Part shown: in pieces, positions 12,801 to 24,806 of the stretch
Position numbering within the stretch: position 1 is the first letter of the stretch
Layout of the letters: every line of letters begins with the position of its first letter
NCBI GenBank assembly: GCA_036172245.1
Contig: JAYWIR010000065.1
Span: 310,001-374,000, forward strand
From: Raillietiella orientalis
Lineage: Eukaryota
Length of the DNA stretch: 64,000 nucleotides
Direction: 5' to 3'
Translations under genes and position numbers: made by a program
The notes under the pieces: model-generated
Seen by the model: the letters and a program-made list of their open reading frames with translations, nothing else
Database searches by the model: none
Told to the model about the DNA's origin: nothing

Positions 12801-15800
12801 TTATCTCTGATGGCAGTAATGGCAGTGGACATGTATCATGATCGAAGAATTTCGTTTATTTAATGTACATTAATGTATAATGCGTCAGCCTGAATAAAAT
12901 TATTCGTTTTCAACTGTTTGTGCAAAGTTGCTTCGTGCTAGCATGTAACACAGAGTTGCAGCATTGGCTCAAGAAATACTGGCATGGACCAAAATTTCGA
13001 TCCGCAAACTGAGTTTCTATAGGAAAAAACTTTTATCCTAGTTCCCAATCAGAAGATCAAGCAATGTTTTCCCGATGTGCAAGTCGGTTGTTGAGTTGTC
13101 TCAGCAAAGCATCTCGGTTTCAATTTCCGTGATTTCCATGTTTTTACTCCCTTGTTATTTTCGAAACAAATTTTCCTGTATTCATGGTACCTTAGTTCGC
13201 TGGCATCGATTTTTTTTGGTACATGGATGTGGCGGAACTTTGATTCTTCAACGTAGTTGAACGTGCACTGCAGCTTTGCGTCTATTAATTGACGAGTTGC
13301 TTACCACTTGGAGCAGAGATGAAAGAAAAAGAAATGGGACTTTATGGAAATGTTTGAATCCAAGAGCAATTGTATCGAATACACAATTTCTCTATCTTTA
13401 TACGTGCATGTTCTCGGGCAACTGAGCAAGAGCTTGATTCTCTGCGAATTCACTTAGGATTGAAGAGTTGAATCTCCACATAGCATAATTGTTTGCATAT
13501 GTGGAAACGTTTCCACTTTCTGACTGAAATGATTTTTCCAGTTGCATCTTTGAGTACACTGCTGGCGAACAGTTTGACTGCATTTGTAGGATACTGCAGT
13601 TTTAGATATGCATACATAATGATTGCATTTTTTGCATGCGTGGATTTCAATGTAGGTTTCTCACTCAGAACAAGACGGTTCTCTAATGATGAAACACTGG
13701 CTGCCAACTATTTCCATTCAGATCACTCCCAATCAACAACTAGACTCTGAAACCGTATCAGCACGCATCTTTTGGTTAGTCGACTGCATCTGCATTCTGA
13801 ATGAACCCCCCCCTAAAATTCTTGATTATTCGAAAACCATTTCAGACCTCATTTTTTAAAGCAAGAATGAATAATTACTCGTTATCAGTGTTCCGGCACT
13901 CCTTTTTACTCCACGAAAATTCCGTTTGCTCCGTCAATGTGTTGCCCAGGACACGCGCCCATTCAAAGAACCTGACTGCATCTCGCTGCAAAGTTCCCGA
14001 GCAACAGCTGCTGCAGAAGGGCGGTTTTTCCCAGTGGCGGATTTCTGCTTGAAAACACGAAGTCCTGCGTGCTGTTTTTCAAATTCATTCCGTTTCCACG
14101 CAGAAATCCCTTCCTGACGTGCGTCTTCCCGCGCAAATCATTTCACTGCTGTCGAATCGGTTCCCTTCACTACGTCTCCTCGCCGCTTCCTTCCCGAACG
14201 AGAAGATTTTTCAAATAGGAGATTCGTATGTGCGGTTTTTTTTTTTCTTTTTTTTTTTTTTGCAATTTAATTCCGTCATTTGCTCCAATTCACTATCGTA
14301 ACGTCTTATTCCTCGGTTCACATTCATCCAACTCGTTCTTACGTTTTCTTGAAAACGATCAGCACCAGTTCATCTGTATCTGTGCCTTTTAGAGGATAGT
14401 TGCTGTGTTAAACCAAGTTCGAAAATGTGGACTAATGGTTTCCGCATATGACTGCTACTTTCCATCCGTTTTCCGATTGCAAGCAATCCTTTAGAACGTG
14501 AACAGACAGACAGTTTCATCTGTGCAATTAATTTGAGTGTGTTTTCAAGTCGTCTGACATTCCTTCGATCTGCAGAGGCGACCATGAATCTTCCATATCA
14601 TATGATGGAGCGTTACCGTGTAAATTGTTTATCGAAAAAATTGCTTCCTTCGATCCAGACCTTATCGTTACACAACAGATGGATGTCAGGACAGCTCCTT
14701 GAATATGATTAACATCTATATATTTTCATAAAGTGGCCATTCGATCTCTGATCTGGAAGGTCATGTCGGAAATTCATCGCGTCCAAGCTAAGCAGTCTAA
14801 GAGCGGTCCAAACGTGATGCCCACTGACAGAGTTGATTATCGTTTAGTTTCAGTTTTGGAATATCACTGGCTCTTCCTCCTCATTCGTTTCTCACTCACC
14901 AAAACGGGTGGTCCAAAGGAGGAAAATCAATTCCACATGGATGATGACCATATACGATAGATAACTTTAAAATCCGGTTGAGGGTACAACCGTTGTTATT
15001 TAGGCGGAAGCGTCACAGTCTTAATGAGCCTCGGTAAAACTGCTGCACAGTGAGGAAATCTCGAAAATAAATTTTGCAGATCATTGCTTTTGCGCAAACT
15101 CACTTGCTCATCGCAGTGGAAGCTTATGTAGTAAAATTAAGCTCTTCCACAAGCAGCAAAAAACGAAGACCACATCCATTATGGGTTGCACGGTGATTAA
15201 GTATGTTTCGTAACGAGCATTAATAAAGAAGAACGACATTTATTCTGAACCATTCTTAGTTTTCATTTTGCGAAGGACCATCAAGCAAACTGTGAAGGTC
15301 GATTTGATCCCTTCAGAAATAACCATGAGCATGATTTTGGAATAGCATTCTGGTCCTCGGCGTCTTGATACTGCTGCAGGTCATCTCTAATTATAAGGGA
15401 ATGCCAAGACTAATGAAAACCTTCTGGAAAACTCAGAAAAACTTTAAAATCAGCGCAAAAATCTCGGAGAAGAATTTGATGGTTTTTTCTTCCAAACGCG
15501 AACCTATTTGTCACTGTGTAGAACCAACAGATGGAAGACTCTCTTGCGTCTTCTTATCAGAGAACATTCTCTGCATCAACCCGCGTTTTCTAAGAGACCA
15601 GGAGTTTCCCTTAGCAATGAAGTCGGTCTTGAGGAGCTACAAAGAGATCAGATTGATTGCCCATTTTATACACGACCTGGGAGGAAATCGCATATGGAAT
15701 CTCATATGTGACACGCAGCCTCCCGATATCCGTGTTCATCTTGTATTTTTTGTTCGCTCATCAATCGAATTTGTCCCAGCGCCTTTCAATAGGTGAGGGG

Positions 15801-18400
15801 AAGATTTCTTGGAGCTCCGGATGCAATTGTCCCAACACATACACGATAGGGTCACCATAGATACAGCCTGTCCCATCGTCAGCATTATCAAAGGTTTGGA
15901 AGACCTTACATTGAGATGCTCACGATGACACGAATCAGCATAAAGTTTTCCCACATACTTGATGCATCTTTGTTTTGAAATGGGAATGTAGGTGTTTTCA
16001 GGGATAGAAATTCTCGTACTTTTTTTATTGAAATATTCAAAGCAAATATTTGCTCAACTGAGTCAAACATAGGGTCTTTTTATCTGTCTTTCATTGTATC
16101 AATGACGTACCATTCGCTTGCATAAGCCGCTAAAAAAATTGCATTCTTTTTCAAGAGAATTAGAAAATAGCTATTAAAAATAATGCAACGTGACGGACTT
16201 TGGTGCGCTCATCAAGTGCTAACCACTTACTTCCTCAAAAGTTCATTTTCTTATTAACAGTTTGGTATAGTGCAAGAACAGTGAGTTTTTCACGACTTTA
16301 AATTTTTAAAGTCCAGCATTGTACTCAACGGAGCAGGATCCATGCAACTTGATCGTAATAGTGGATAACTTCTTGATGAGTTTATATTCAAGGAAGAAGA
16401 CGAGTTTACTTCCTCTGTTAGAATAAGATGAAAGTCAGAATAAAGGACGCGTTTATTCTGTCATTGGATCAACTTACACCATTGATGGTGCCTTGGAGGA
16501 AGATGGAAAGAATGCTGTACGAAGTTACTTCAGCGCATCAGTGCCTTGGTTTATCTAGGTTCAGAAATACAACGGAAAGAAAAACATCCTGGAAAACTTG
16601 TGGTCATCTACTTTGCAGTTCTGCCTCTGCCTGAAACCAATACTGTACGAACGATATTTGTGGGATTGGATATCCATAAATTATGAGTTATTGGATCTTC
16701 CAGAAGAGCCGAAATCTAGAGTTGGTGCTGTAATGTCTACCGCAATAACAGATGCATCCGTTCTCTTGAACGTGGGTTCAACATCATGATCTCTCTACAG
16801 TACGCCATTTCCACATTATCGCCATCTTGGAATCTACTAACCCAGATCCCATGTTCGTTCATAGTTTGAAGACCATTCATAGTTCCGAGAGAACACAGAA
16901 CTCAAAGAGAGCAAAGTTTTTGATAAGATGGATCGATCTTTGAAATAATGGAGCAATCTTGAAAACTGAAACAAAAATTTTTGGAAACTTTCGTTTCATT
17001 TTTCAAGGCTGCAGATAATGCAGTGGGTCGGTTGCATAAAGTCGTTGACTCTGAGTGCGCTGACACCGTGGTCTTCAAGCTGTCGTAAGCATTTCACTCA
17101 CACGGTGACGAAACCAAAAAATAACCAGCGTGCTTTACAACGCGAGGATCGGGAACAAAAGATTTATTGGTGAGCTTAAGAGTCACAAGATGAATGAAAT
17201 TGTGCTTTCATCAGCTTTGGGACTAAAAGGGAACTCGAAAGGATCGTTAACGCAAGATGATGGGGATGTATTTGGAAAGTCAGGAAAATAGAAGTGGCAG
17301 CTGATGCTCAGTAATTAATCTCTAACTGGAATCTAGAGATACGATTTCCCTTTTTTTTTTTTTTTTTTTTTAGAATGAAGAGAGGTTTTTGTTTCTGATA
17401 GAATTGTTTGAAACTGGTTCCCGAAGTACATCTGCAGCCAGTATCCCTTCACGAGTCCATAGATGACATTATTTTGGAAAAGTAAAGATTGTAACCCTTT
17501 TTGTCGTCGAATTAAGAAGCAGAATCCTTTAGCTTCATTTGAAAGGAAAAACAAAGATTCACTTTCTCATACAAAATCAAAGACAAAAATTGGAATTTTG
17601 TAGTTTCGATTTTATCTTCTACATGAAGAAATTGTGAGCATTGCAATCCACGTAAAAAAAAAAAAAAAAAAAAAAAAAAGAACGTGCCATAGCAACTTGT
17701 CTTGGAGAAAAAAATGCGACTCATCCGCTTATCTGGAGCATTAAAAAATTCGCCAACAGTTTGATTAATACAACGTCATACGTATTTTATCACCACGTCA
17801 TATTTCATGATCACAAGGAGTAATTCCTTTAATTCCCGTTATTTCCCCAGTGAAATGCTGATCGGATACTGTTACAGTTAAAAAAAACAAAAACAAAAGC
17901 AGATAAAAGTGCTTTTCAGACAAATCAATGTACATTTGTATAATTTCGTTTAGTTCAATGCTGGAAGTCCTTCCTGGTTGTAACGGATTCGTTGTAGGAT
18001 TGGACACACCTCGGGGAAAATTTCATTTTGCTGACAAAACTTACTGAAGGCGCTAACACTTAGTAGTCTGGCACTCACAACACTTTTTAAAAAAAATAAA
18101 GGTGTAACACAGTCAAATAAATGAGTTGAATACGTTTGTTCTTTGCCTATCAAGAAGAAAGTTACGATTTGTATGTATTATCAGCCCGTGTCCTTTAAAT
18201 AGTCATGTGGCCTGTTCAATTGACTGCATGACCTCTAAATTGAATCGGTCTCATTTATCATGCACTTTGCAGCGAAGCGGGTGCATACTCTGTCAGAAAA
18301 ACACCTTATCAAAGTGACATTTCTATTTGAAAGAATTAATTAATCCCCACTGATGACTGCAAAGTATGGCAGGAGCATGAAATCTCGTGTCGTTGTCTAG

Positions 18401-18611
18401 GTTTCGTGGATCAGGCAGAGAGATCTTCATATCCTGACTGTTGGAGTGTACACTTATACGCACGATTCCAGATTCCAGATTATCCATGAAGAAGGATCGC
18501 ACGATTGGATTCTGAGAATTTACTCATTAAAAACGGTAGACACTGGGATTTATCAGTGCCAAGTGAATACTGAGCCCAAAACTAGTTTGAATTTCCGCCT
18601 CGAAGTCTTAG
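18401..18611 (+). CDS. Dpr-like Ig superfamily protein, internal exon (C-terminal half of Ig1)
   Basis: TTGTCTAG acceptor (phase 0) and G|GTGAGA donor (phase 1). Translates to VSWIRQRDLHILTVGVYTYTHDSRFQIIHEEGSHDWILRIYSLKTVDTGIYQCQVNTEPKTSLNFRLEVL, with the hallmark Dpr motifs VSWIRxRDLHILTVG, DxRF, DWxLxI and DxGxYxCQVxTEP. Confidence 0.93.
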
Positions 18612-20410
18612 GTGAGACTGCACTTTTTTGATTTACTAAACTCATTTTCTGTGATGATTAACCAATATTGAAAAATCGATGTATTACTGAATGCTGAATT
18701 TTGTGAAATCGGTCTCCAGCATCCTTGCCAAGCAAGAGGAAGGATTTAGGAGTCAATATCTCAGTTTGACTCTATTTGCACGCACTGACGTCCTATTCAA
18801 AGAGACGTATGAAGCATATCTGGTTTTTTGCTTCTGTTGTATATGAAGTTCAGCTGAGGTCTTGGTTGCAAATCCTCCTCCACGCTTGCTAGCCGAGTTT
18901 CCTTGGACACCGTGAGTTCAAAGTAGCTCCGCATCAACTCCCACTGATTCGGATAATTTTCTTGATGGACGTTTGATAACAGAAATGGCGATGACCTCGC
19001 AGTTTACAACTTCATACTTACAATCCTAGTACATTTTCCCGTTCGTTTTCTCTTCTGATTATCCGATCACGAGCAAACGTTGCAAAATATCTGGGAAAAG
19101 TACTAATAAACGGTCATTCTTCTTGTCTCAGCATCTTTGGACAGGTCCAATAGTCTCGAGTATCTCGTTAGCAGAAGTGAATTCTCAGCTGGGAGTTGCA
19201 GTCGAAAGGCATCTCATGGTCTGAGGTTTTTTACATCCACTAACCCACTGAATTCGCTCAAACGCCGAGTCGGATGCAAATCCCCGTTTCCTTCTGCATA
19301 CAAAATGACATCTCATTGAAATCACCGAGCCAAATGAGCACACTTTTGCTGTTCTCCATCCGCAGATTGTAAACTGAAAGTTGGGAGAGCACCCATTCCG
19401 TGCTTCGAAAACCACAGATAATCATCAATATGAATCACGATGAAGGGAGAGATTCGTTAACTTGGACCAACACTCGGTTTTCCGCACGCAGATCCCATTT
19501 CATCTTCCAAAATTGGAACTGACTTCACGGAAGCCTTAGGTTTCAAAGCCGGGACTTGGTAGATCTTTTCACTCACAGTTGCCGTTTCTGGAGATAGATA
19601 ATTGCAAGAGCTCGTAGAACAATGAGGAAGGCCAGTCCGTCCATGATAACATCCACAGTTCGAAAATTATTCAGTTTTCAGGGAACGTCTTTCTTTTCTT
19701 GATGAGATTGCAAATTCAGTTTATTGACCAATTTTTTCAAAGAAACCCCCGGTCCACTGGAAAATTCGGTGGACGGGAGGAGGGTAGAAGCAGGAGAAGT
19801 TTATAAAACTACTTCACATTGTCTTTAGAAATGGTGCATTGGGAAACTCCCAGCAGCATCCATCTCCTATTGTGTGACTAAGAAGCATAGCGTGTGGATC
19901 CGCGTGGATCGTTTGTTCTTCCAGCACTCCTCTTCTAGAGTAACTGTCTGAGAAATGTTCATCTACTTTCCTTAATCTTTACTTCTTTATCTAATCCATG
20001 CCTTATTCTTAGCATAAATTTCCTTAGAAACCCAAGGCATTCGGATGACGGAAGAAATGTAACGAAATGAAATCAAAATACAAACTATATGATAGGGGCT
20101 CGTGTTTAAAATAATACATGACCCATTTGTTAATCACAAAAAGTTTCTCAGAATTTGACACATCAAGAAATTTCAGTAACTTTGACTAGATGAAAGAAGT
20201 GCAAACATTTTATTGATTCAAAACATTTGGGGAGGCAATCGAAAGTGAAACTTTGGTTTTTAGATCAATCTATTTGCTGTCGAAGAATCTGGTTGATGAG
20301 ATTGCTTAGTAACAGGCTGAAGGCATCGTGTAGGTTGTAAATCGACATTTATTATGTACATTTGAAAGAAGCACGAATACCTATCCTTGTTTCTGGGTTC
20401 ACTAAGTACG

Positions 20411-20513
20411 TTCCTCAAGAACCGTTGGTGGTGCTTCTTGAACTTAAACGGTTCTGACGTACTTACTGAACCGTTTCATAGTTCAAGAAGCACCACCAAC
20501 GGTTCTTGAGGAA
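20411..20513. repeat. Near-perfect inverted repeat / 103 bp hairpin
   Basis: 20411-20444 is the exact reverse complement of 20480-20513 (34 bp). An inner 9 bp stem (20446-20454 / 20468-20476) closes a 13 nt loop. Confidence 0.95.
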
Positions 20514-22029
20514 TGGCAGCTTCAGAACAGCGGGCATCAGAGAAACTTCCAAGTTGGGCGACTCTGTCCACGAGCTGACGGCTCCACGAGATCCGTGGAA
20601 ACATAGCGGGAAAAGGACGTGGCTTGGCTCTCAGCTTCGCATTCCAGAAAACCAAGGCGGAGGTCTATGAGATGTTTCCGGAATTGCTGCTGCCCCAAGT
20701 GAAAACTTGACGCTGCAATTCGTATTACGGTGTGGGGCCATTTCGATTCTGCTGGATCAGCTCTAATATAAACTGGGTTCTGTGCTTATTAAATAGAGAA
20801 ATTAGGATGGATCAAATGTATCTGATTAGCAGACTGCTGGAAATCACATTTGAACAAAGAAGATGTTCATGGGGTGGGAAGAGACGTTTTCCTGAAGCAA
20901 AAGCCTTGCCTTTGCTGAATTGTGAACAATTTTTCCAAGCTCTGTTTAGTTCTGGTTTAGGGAGCACAGGGTGTGCATTTTTTCTGAGAACCAAAATCCC
21001 TCTAATTTCTTAGTATTAATTCGAGATGAGTGAATAAACTATTAGCATGTTCTGGCTGTCATCGAACGTTGTTTTTTCTTTTTTTTTTAAAAAAAAAAAA
21101 CAGAATTGAGGCCAGCTTGATAGCACTGTTCGTTCCTGCGCCTTGCTTTGGTCATCTGTTGACCAACAAGGATATATGAGTTAGTGATAAGATTGCAGTG
21201 ATGCAAGTATGGAGTCATGTTTATCCTGAAAGAGCGTGAAGACAGTCTACCATTTAAAACGATTAAAGGAACATTAGAACTGCCCAATGAAATTGCAGTC
21301 GAAGCAACGGCACGCCAAGATACGCAGAAAGTAGCTGTTATGCTGACTGATAATCCCAAGTGATGATGTCGACTTCTGGTTTACTAGACCGTACCCTAAG
21401 ACGTATACCCCTATTAAATTATTTTTTCCTACAGTATCTGCATGCTGTCCATAGGGAAAAATTATTATTTGCCTTGTTGGGGTGTGCAAGATCAGACGTG
21501 ATCACCAGCTTTTCTGGGGTGATAATGGAGTGCATAAGAAGATTTTCCAATTTTAGCCACAAGCTTTCTTCAACCAGTTTTAATTGTATGTTTTAAAAGA
21601 AACTAATCTTAAGAGATTATCCTGATATGATAGATCTTAGGAGATTTTCGCAAAAAAGGAACAAAAAAGAGACAAATTCCAGGAGAAATCTAATAACTAT
21701 TCCACATGACTTCGGAAATCACGCAAATAACCCAACCATGGGTTAAAGTGTCTCTTCCTTAATGACTCTCAAAGCATCTTTGTTTTAGATGGCATTTAGC
21801 ATCTCTTGACAAGGACACAAAGGCATGCACTGAGAAAGGCAAGGTTTCTGCCTGAGATGCACCTGAATGAAGCAATGGGATATTCGAGTCCTCAGCTGAC
21901 TCACACCTTAATGAAAAGCTCTGCATCTTATGTCAGTCTAAATACTCATCTTCCTGTCTCGTTCCTGCTATTCCTCTTTGTTGATGTGTCAGTCGCGTAT
22001 CTTGGAATGCCGTTGCTTCGACTCCGAAG

Positions 22030-22400
22030 CAATCTCATCTTCCTCTGGAAGTAGAGCAGCAGCCTGGCACCTTGAATACATGCACAATACAAGGAAAAAT
22101 GGGGGATTTTATGGAAATTTGACGGACGGAATGTCGGCATGGGCATCCTGGCGCCGGGGCGAATCGGGCTGCAAGTGCAGTTCCGAATGCTGGCACTGCG
22201 TGACAAGCTATGGACTTCCCCCATGCGTGTGCCTGCACGCATCCTCCGGCGGAGATGCGCCGGCAGCGAAGGACTGCTCTCGTTGCCGCCAGGCACTCAG
22301 TATGGGATGCGAGGGTTCGGCTTCCCCCTGCGGCAACTCGCCCCTCTTCTGGAAGCGCAACCGTTGCTACTATTTCCTTCGCCCATTCGTATTCGAGAGA
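22030..22400 (+). mobile_element. Internal fragment of L1/Tx1-like non-LTR retrotransposon ORF2 (post-RT region), family 1
   Basis: Contains an FLWK...KW..L.......GMG motif. The peptide CAGSEGLLSLPPGTQYGMRGFGFPLRQLAPLLEA is clearly homologous to CAGSGGLLSLLPGTQYRKRGFGFPLRQLASLLEA in the 40061-41338 element. Boundaries are approximate. Confidence 0.8.
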
Positions 22401-24712
22401 GCGCGATAAGAAGGTGATGGACTTTGGAAACCATACGCTTTGCAGTGCGCCTTCGGACGCCATTTCACGAAACTTCGAATGTTGGGAGGATTGGCTCCAC
22501 GGCACAGCGAAAATATTAAAAGAAAAATCCACCAATTTGCCACCTCATTGAGGCAGTAGAAAATGAAGAAGAAAAAAAAAAAAAAGGTCACTTCCAAAGA
22601 CAAAATTTCTGAAGGATCCTTTCAGAATTTGACCTCTTTTCCCTGGGAAGCAAGCGTGCCAATTCTCAGTGACATCGGAGTCTTCTGCATGGGGTGAATT
22701 TCCGGTAAAAGCCTGATCAGAACCAGCGGAACGCGGTGAGATATTCAAAAGAGAGGAATCCGTGCTTTCGTTACACAGACTTTGTTTCCGTGGAGCATGA
22801 CTTAATGGACCTCCTCAGCACTCTTCAAACTCCGTACGGTTGCAGCCCCGACTTTTGCTTTTGCCATGGCGTAGCTCTCGGCTCCTCGCAAATTTGAATT
22901 ATGCATGAGGTCGCATCCACTTCTGGGACCAGGATATTTTTGCTGTGTCTTTTTCTCATAACAGCTGAGAGCACATCAGGGAAGTGCATCGGGCAGACTT
23001 TCTTGAATTCCAAGACTCAATAGACACTAGACTTCATTTTTTCCTAGTTGAATCTCTTGTCGCTGCATAAGTGCGAAGTAGCCTATCAGGAGGTTTCTTC
23101 TTCCTTCCCTACTAAATATTTAACACCCGTTGCGGATGCTGCATTGGGAACTGATGCAAAATTTCTTGGAATGTGAGCAGCTCCTGGAAAGCTTGGGAGC
23201 AGAAGATGCAATTGTGTCAGCACTTTCCGAGGCCACCTGTCTGGTTCTTGAAAATCTTCAAGAGGCAGGGTCCGTACTTTATGCTGTGGAAGAAAAAAAG
23301 AGATGGAAGTTTTCCATGTTATTCCCTCTGACTATGTATCTGATATGCCCTCGAAGGGCATCTTAGAAATAAGCGTATGTGTAATTCCTTGTGCTCACTC
23401 CGCAGGCTCCGAAGGACTTTCGACGTGTTTGATTTCGTTTCCTCTTAAGTTCCGATGCGCATCAGCTCGGTATTCTTTTCACTTTCAACGGACGTATCAT
23501 AAGCATGAAACCAGGTTCCTTCTTTTACAACAACAAATCGCAAGGTAGTTGGATTCTGGCCTCAGTGACCAAAAGCTAAGTCCACTTCATGGCGAGTGAA
23601 AATAGAAACTTCAGACAATGGAGTATTCCGCTACATTTCTGTTGACTTCAGACAATATACCCACGTTCATGTTCTTCAGCTGACGAGGAATCGATTCCAA
23701 ATGAAAATGACGAGGACACAGTTTCCCGCTTTTGCTTCTAGCCGTTTCCACGATCTTTTCTTACTGCTTTCTAGAACTGCACCAGTTTTCCAAACTGCAG
23801 AATGTGTGACGAAGCAGCTGATGGTATTTAGTGGTGCTCCAGCGACCGCATGGTTCTTCACAGTGGTCAGTTTGTGATGATGTAGCTTCAGCAAAGCGTT
23901 TTCTGCTTGTTTTCCGATTTCCCACTATTGACGTAGCGCTGCTAAGCGACGATCATTATCCATGCGATTGCTTAAACATTCGAGTTCCCCCTCAAAAAAT
24001 TTGATTTCCTCGAGCGTCGAACGAGGACGATTGCTGCTTCAGTAAATGGATTCGTGCCATTGGTGTAACCTAATTCACTTCCTTGTTATCTATACTCAAC
24101 AAGATAAACTTTTGTTGAATGCAGGTGTGCTCCCAACGTCATCTTATAGTGCATCTTTGTTATCTGTTAGAGCGACTGTACATTCTTCGAAGTAACTCCT
24201 TTCTCAATGGATTCTTCTCAGACGCTTCTCAGACGTGTGTGATGCTTTTCGATGGTTTCTGAAGTGTTGATTGCCTAACCGGTGCGTGCACCAGCTTACA
24301 ACATTTGTGGAAAGAAGAAAGCCACAGTTGGTTTTCTTTCCTTTTTTGGACCACAAGGCTGGTTTGGAAATGCAGCCTCAGTCAGGGAGAAAAATTCCGA
24401 GTCTCAGGCCACTGCAGTTTTAAATCAGCTTTCACACTTTTCCCCTTGATTATCTTTGTGGTTTGTAGAATGATTGGGTTGAAAGCAATCAGGATGGTCC
24501 ACGGGTAGTTCAGTTGAATGTCATCACTGCATTCTAGACTTCAAGAGAGACCTTTTTGGATTCAGGAGTCTAATTTTTGATGGTGATACAATTAGGGATG
24601 TCCATGGGGCGAGCTCATGGATGTATAGATTACTAGTAGCAACAATAAATAAAAGAACAACAACGATCATATGAGATCCTATTCAATGTTCATCCTCCTT
24701 ACTGAGCCGTAC

Positions 24713-24806
24713 CTGTGTGGTGGGTTCTTCGAAGATGAGACGGACCTTGGAACGAATCAGTTGCACTAATCTGTGTGGTCTCATCTTCCAAGAACCCACT
24801 ACACAG
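24713..24806. repeat. Inverted repeat (29 bp arms, 2 mismatches, 36 nt spacer); MITE-like or hairpin
   Basis: CTGTGTGGTGGGTTCTTCGAAGATGAGAC (24713-24741) versus GTCTCATCTTCCAAGAACCCACTACACAG (24778-24806). Confidence 0.9.

Noticed and set aside
13950..14052. H2A-like peptide (LLQKGGFSQWRISA)
   Set aside because: Only a few matching residues, with no continuation of the histone fold.
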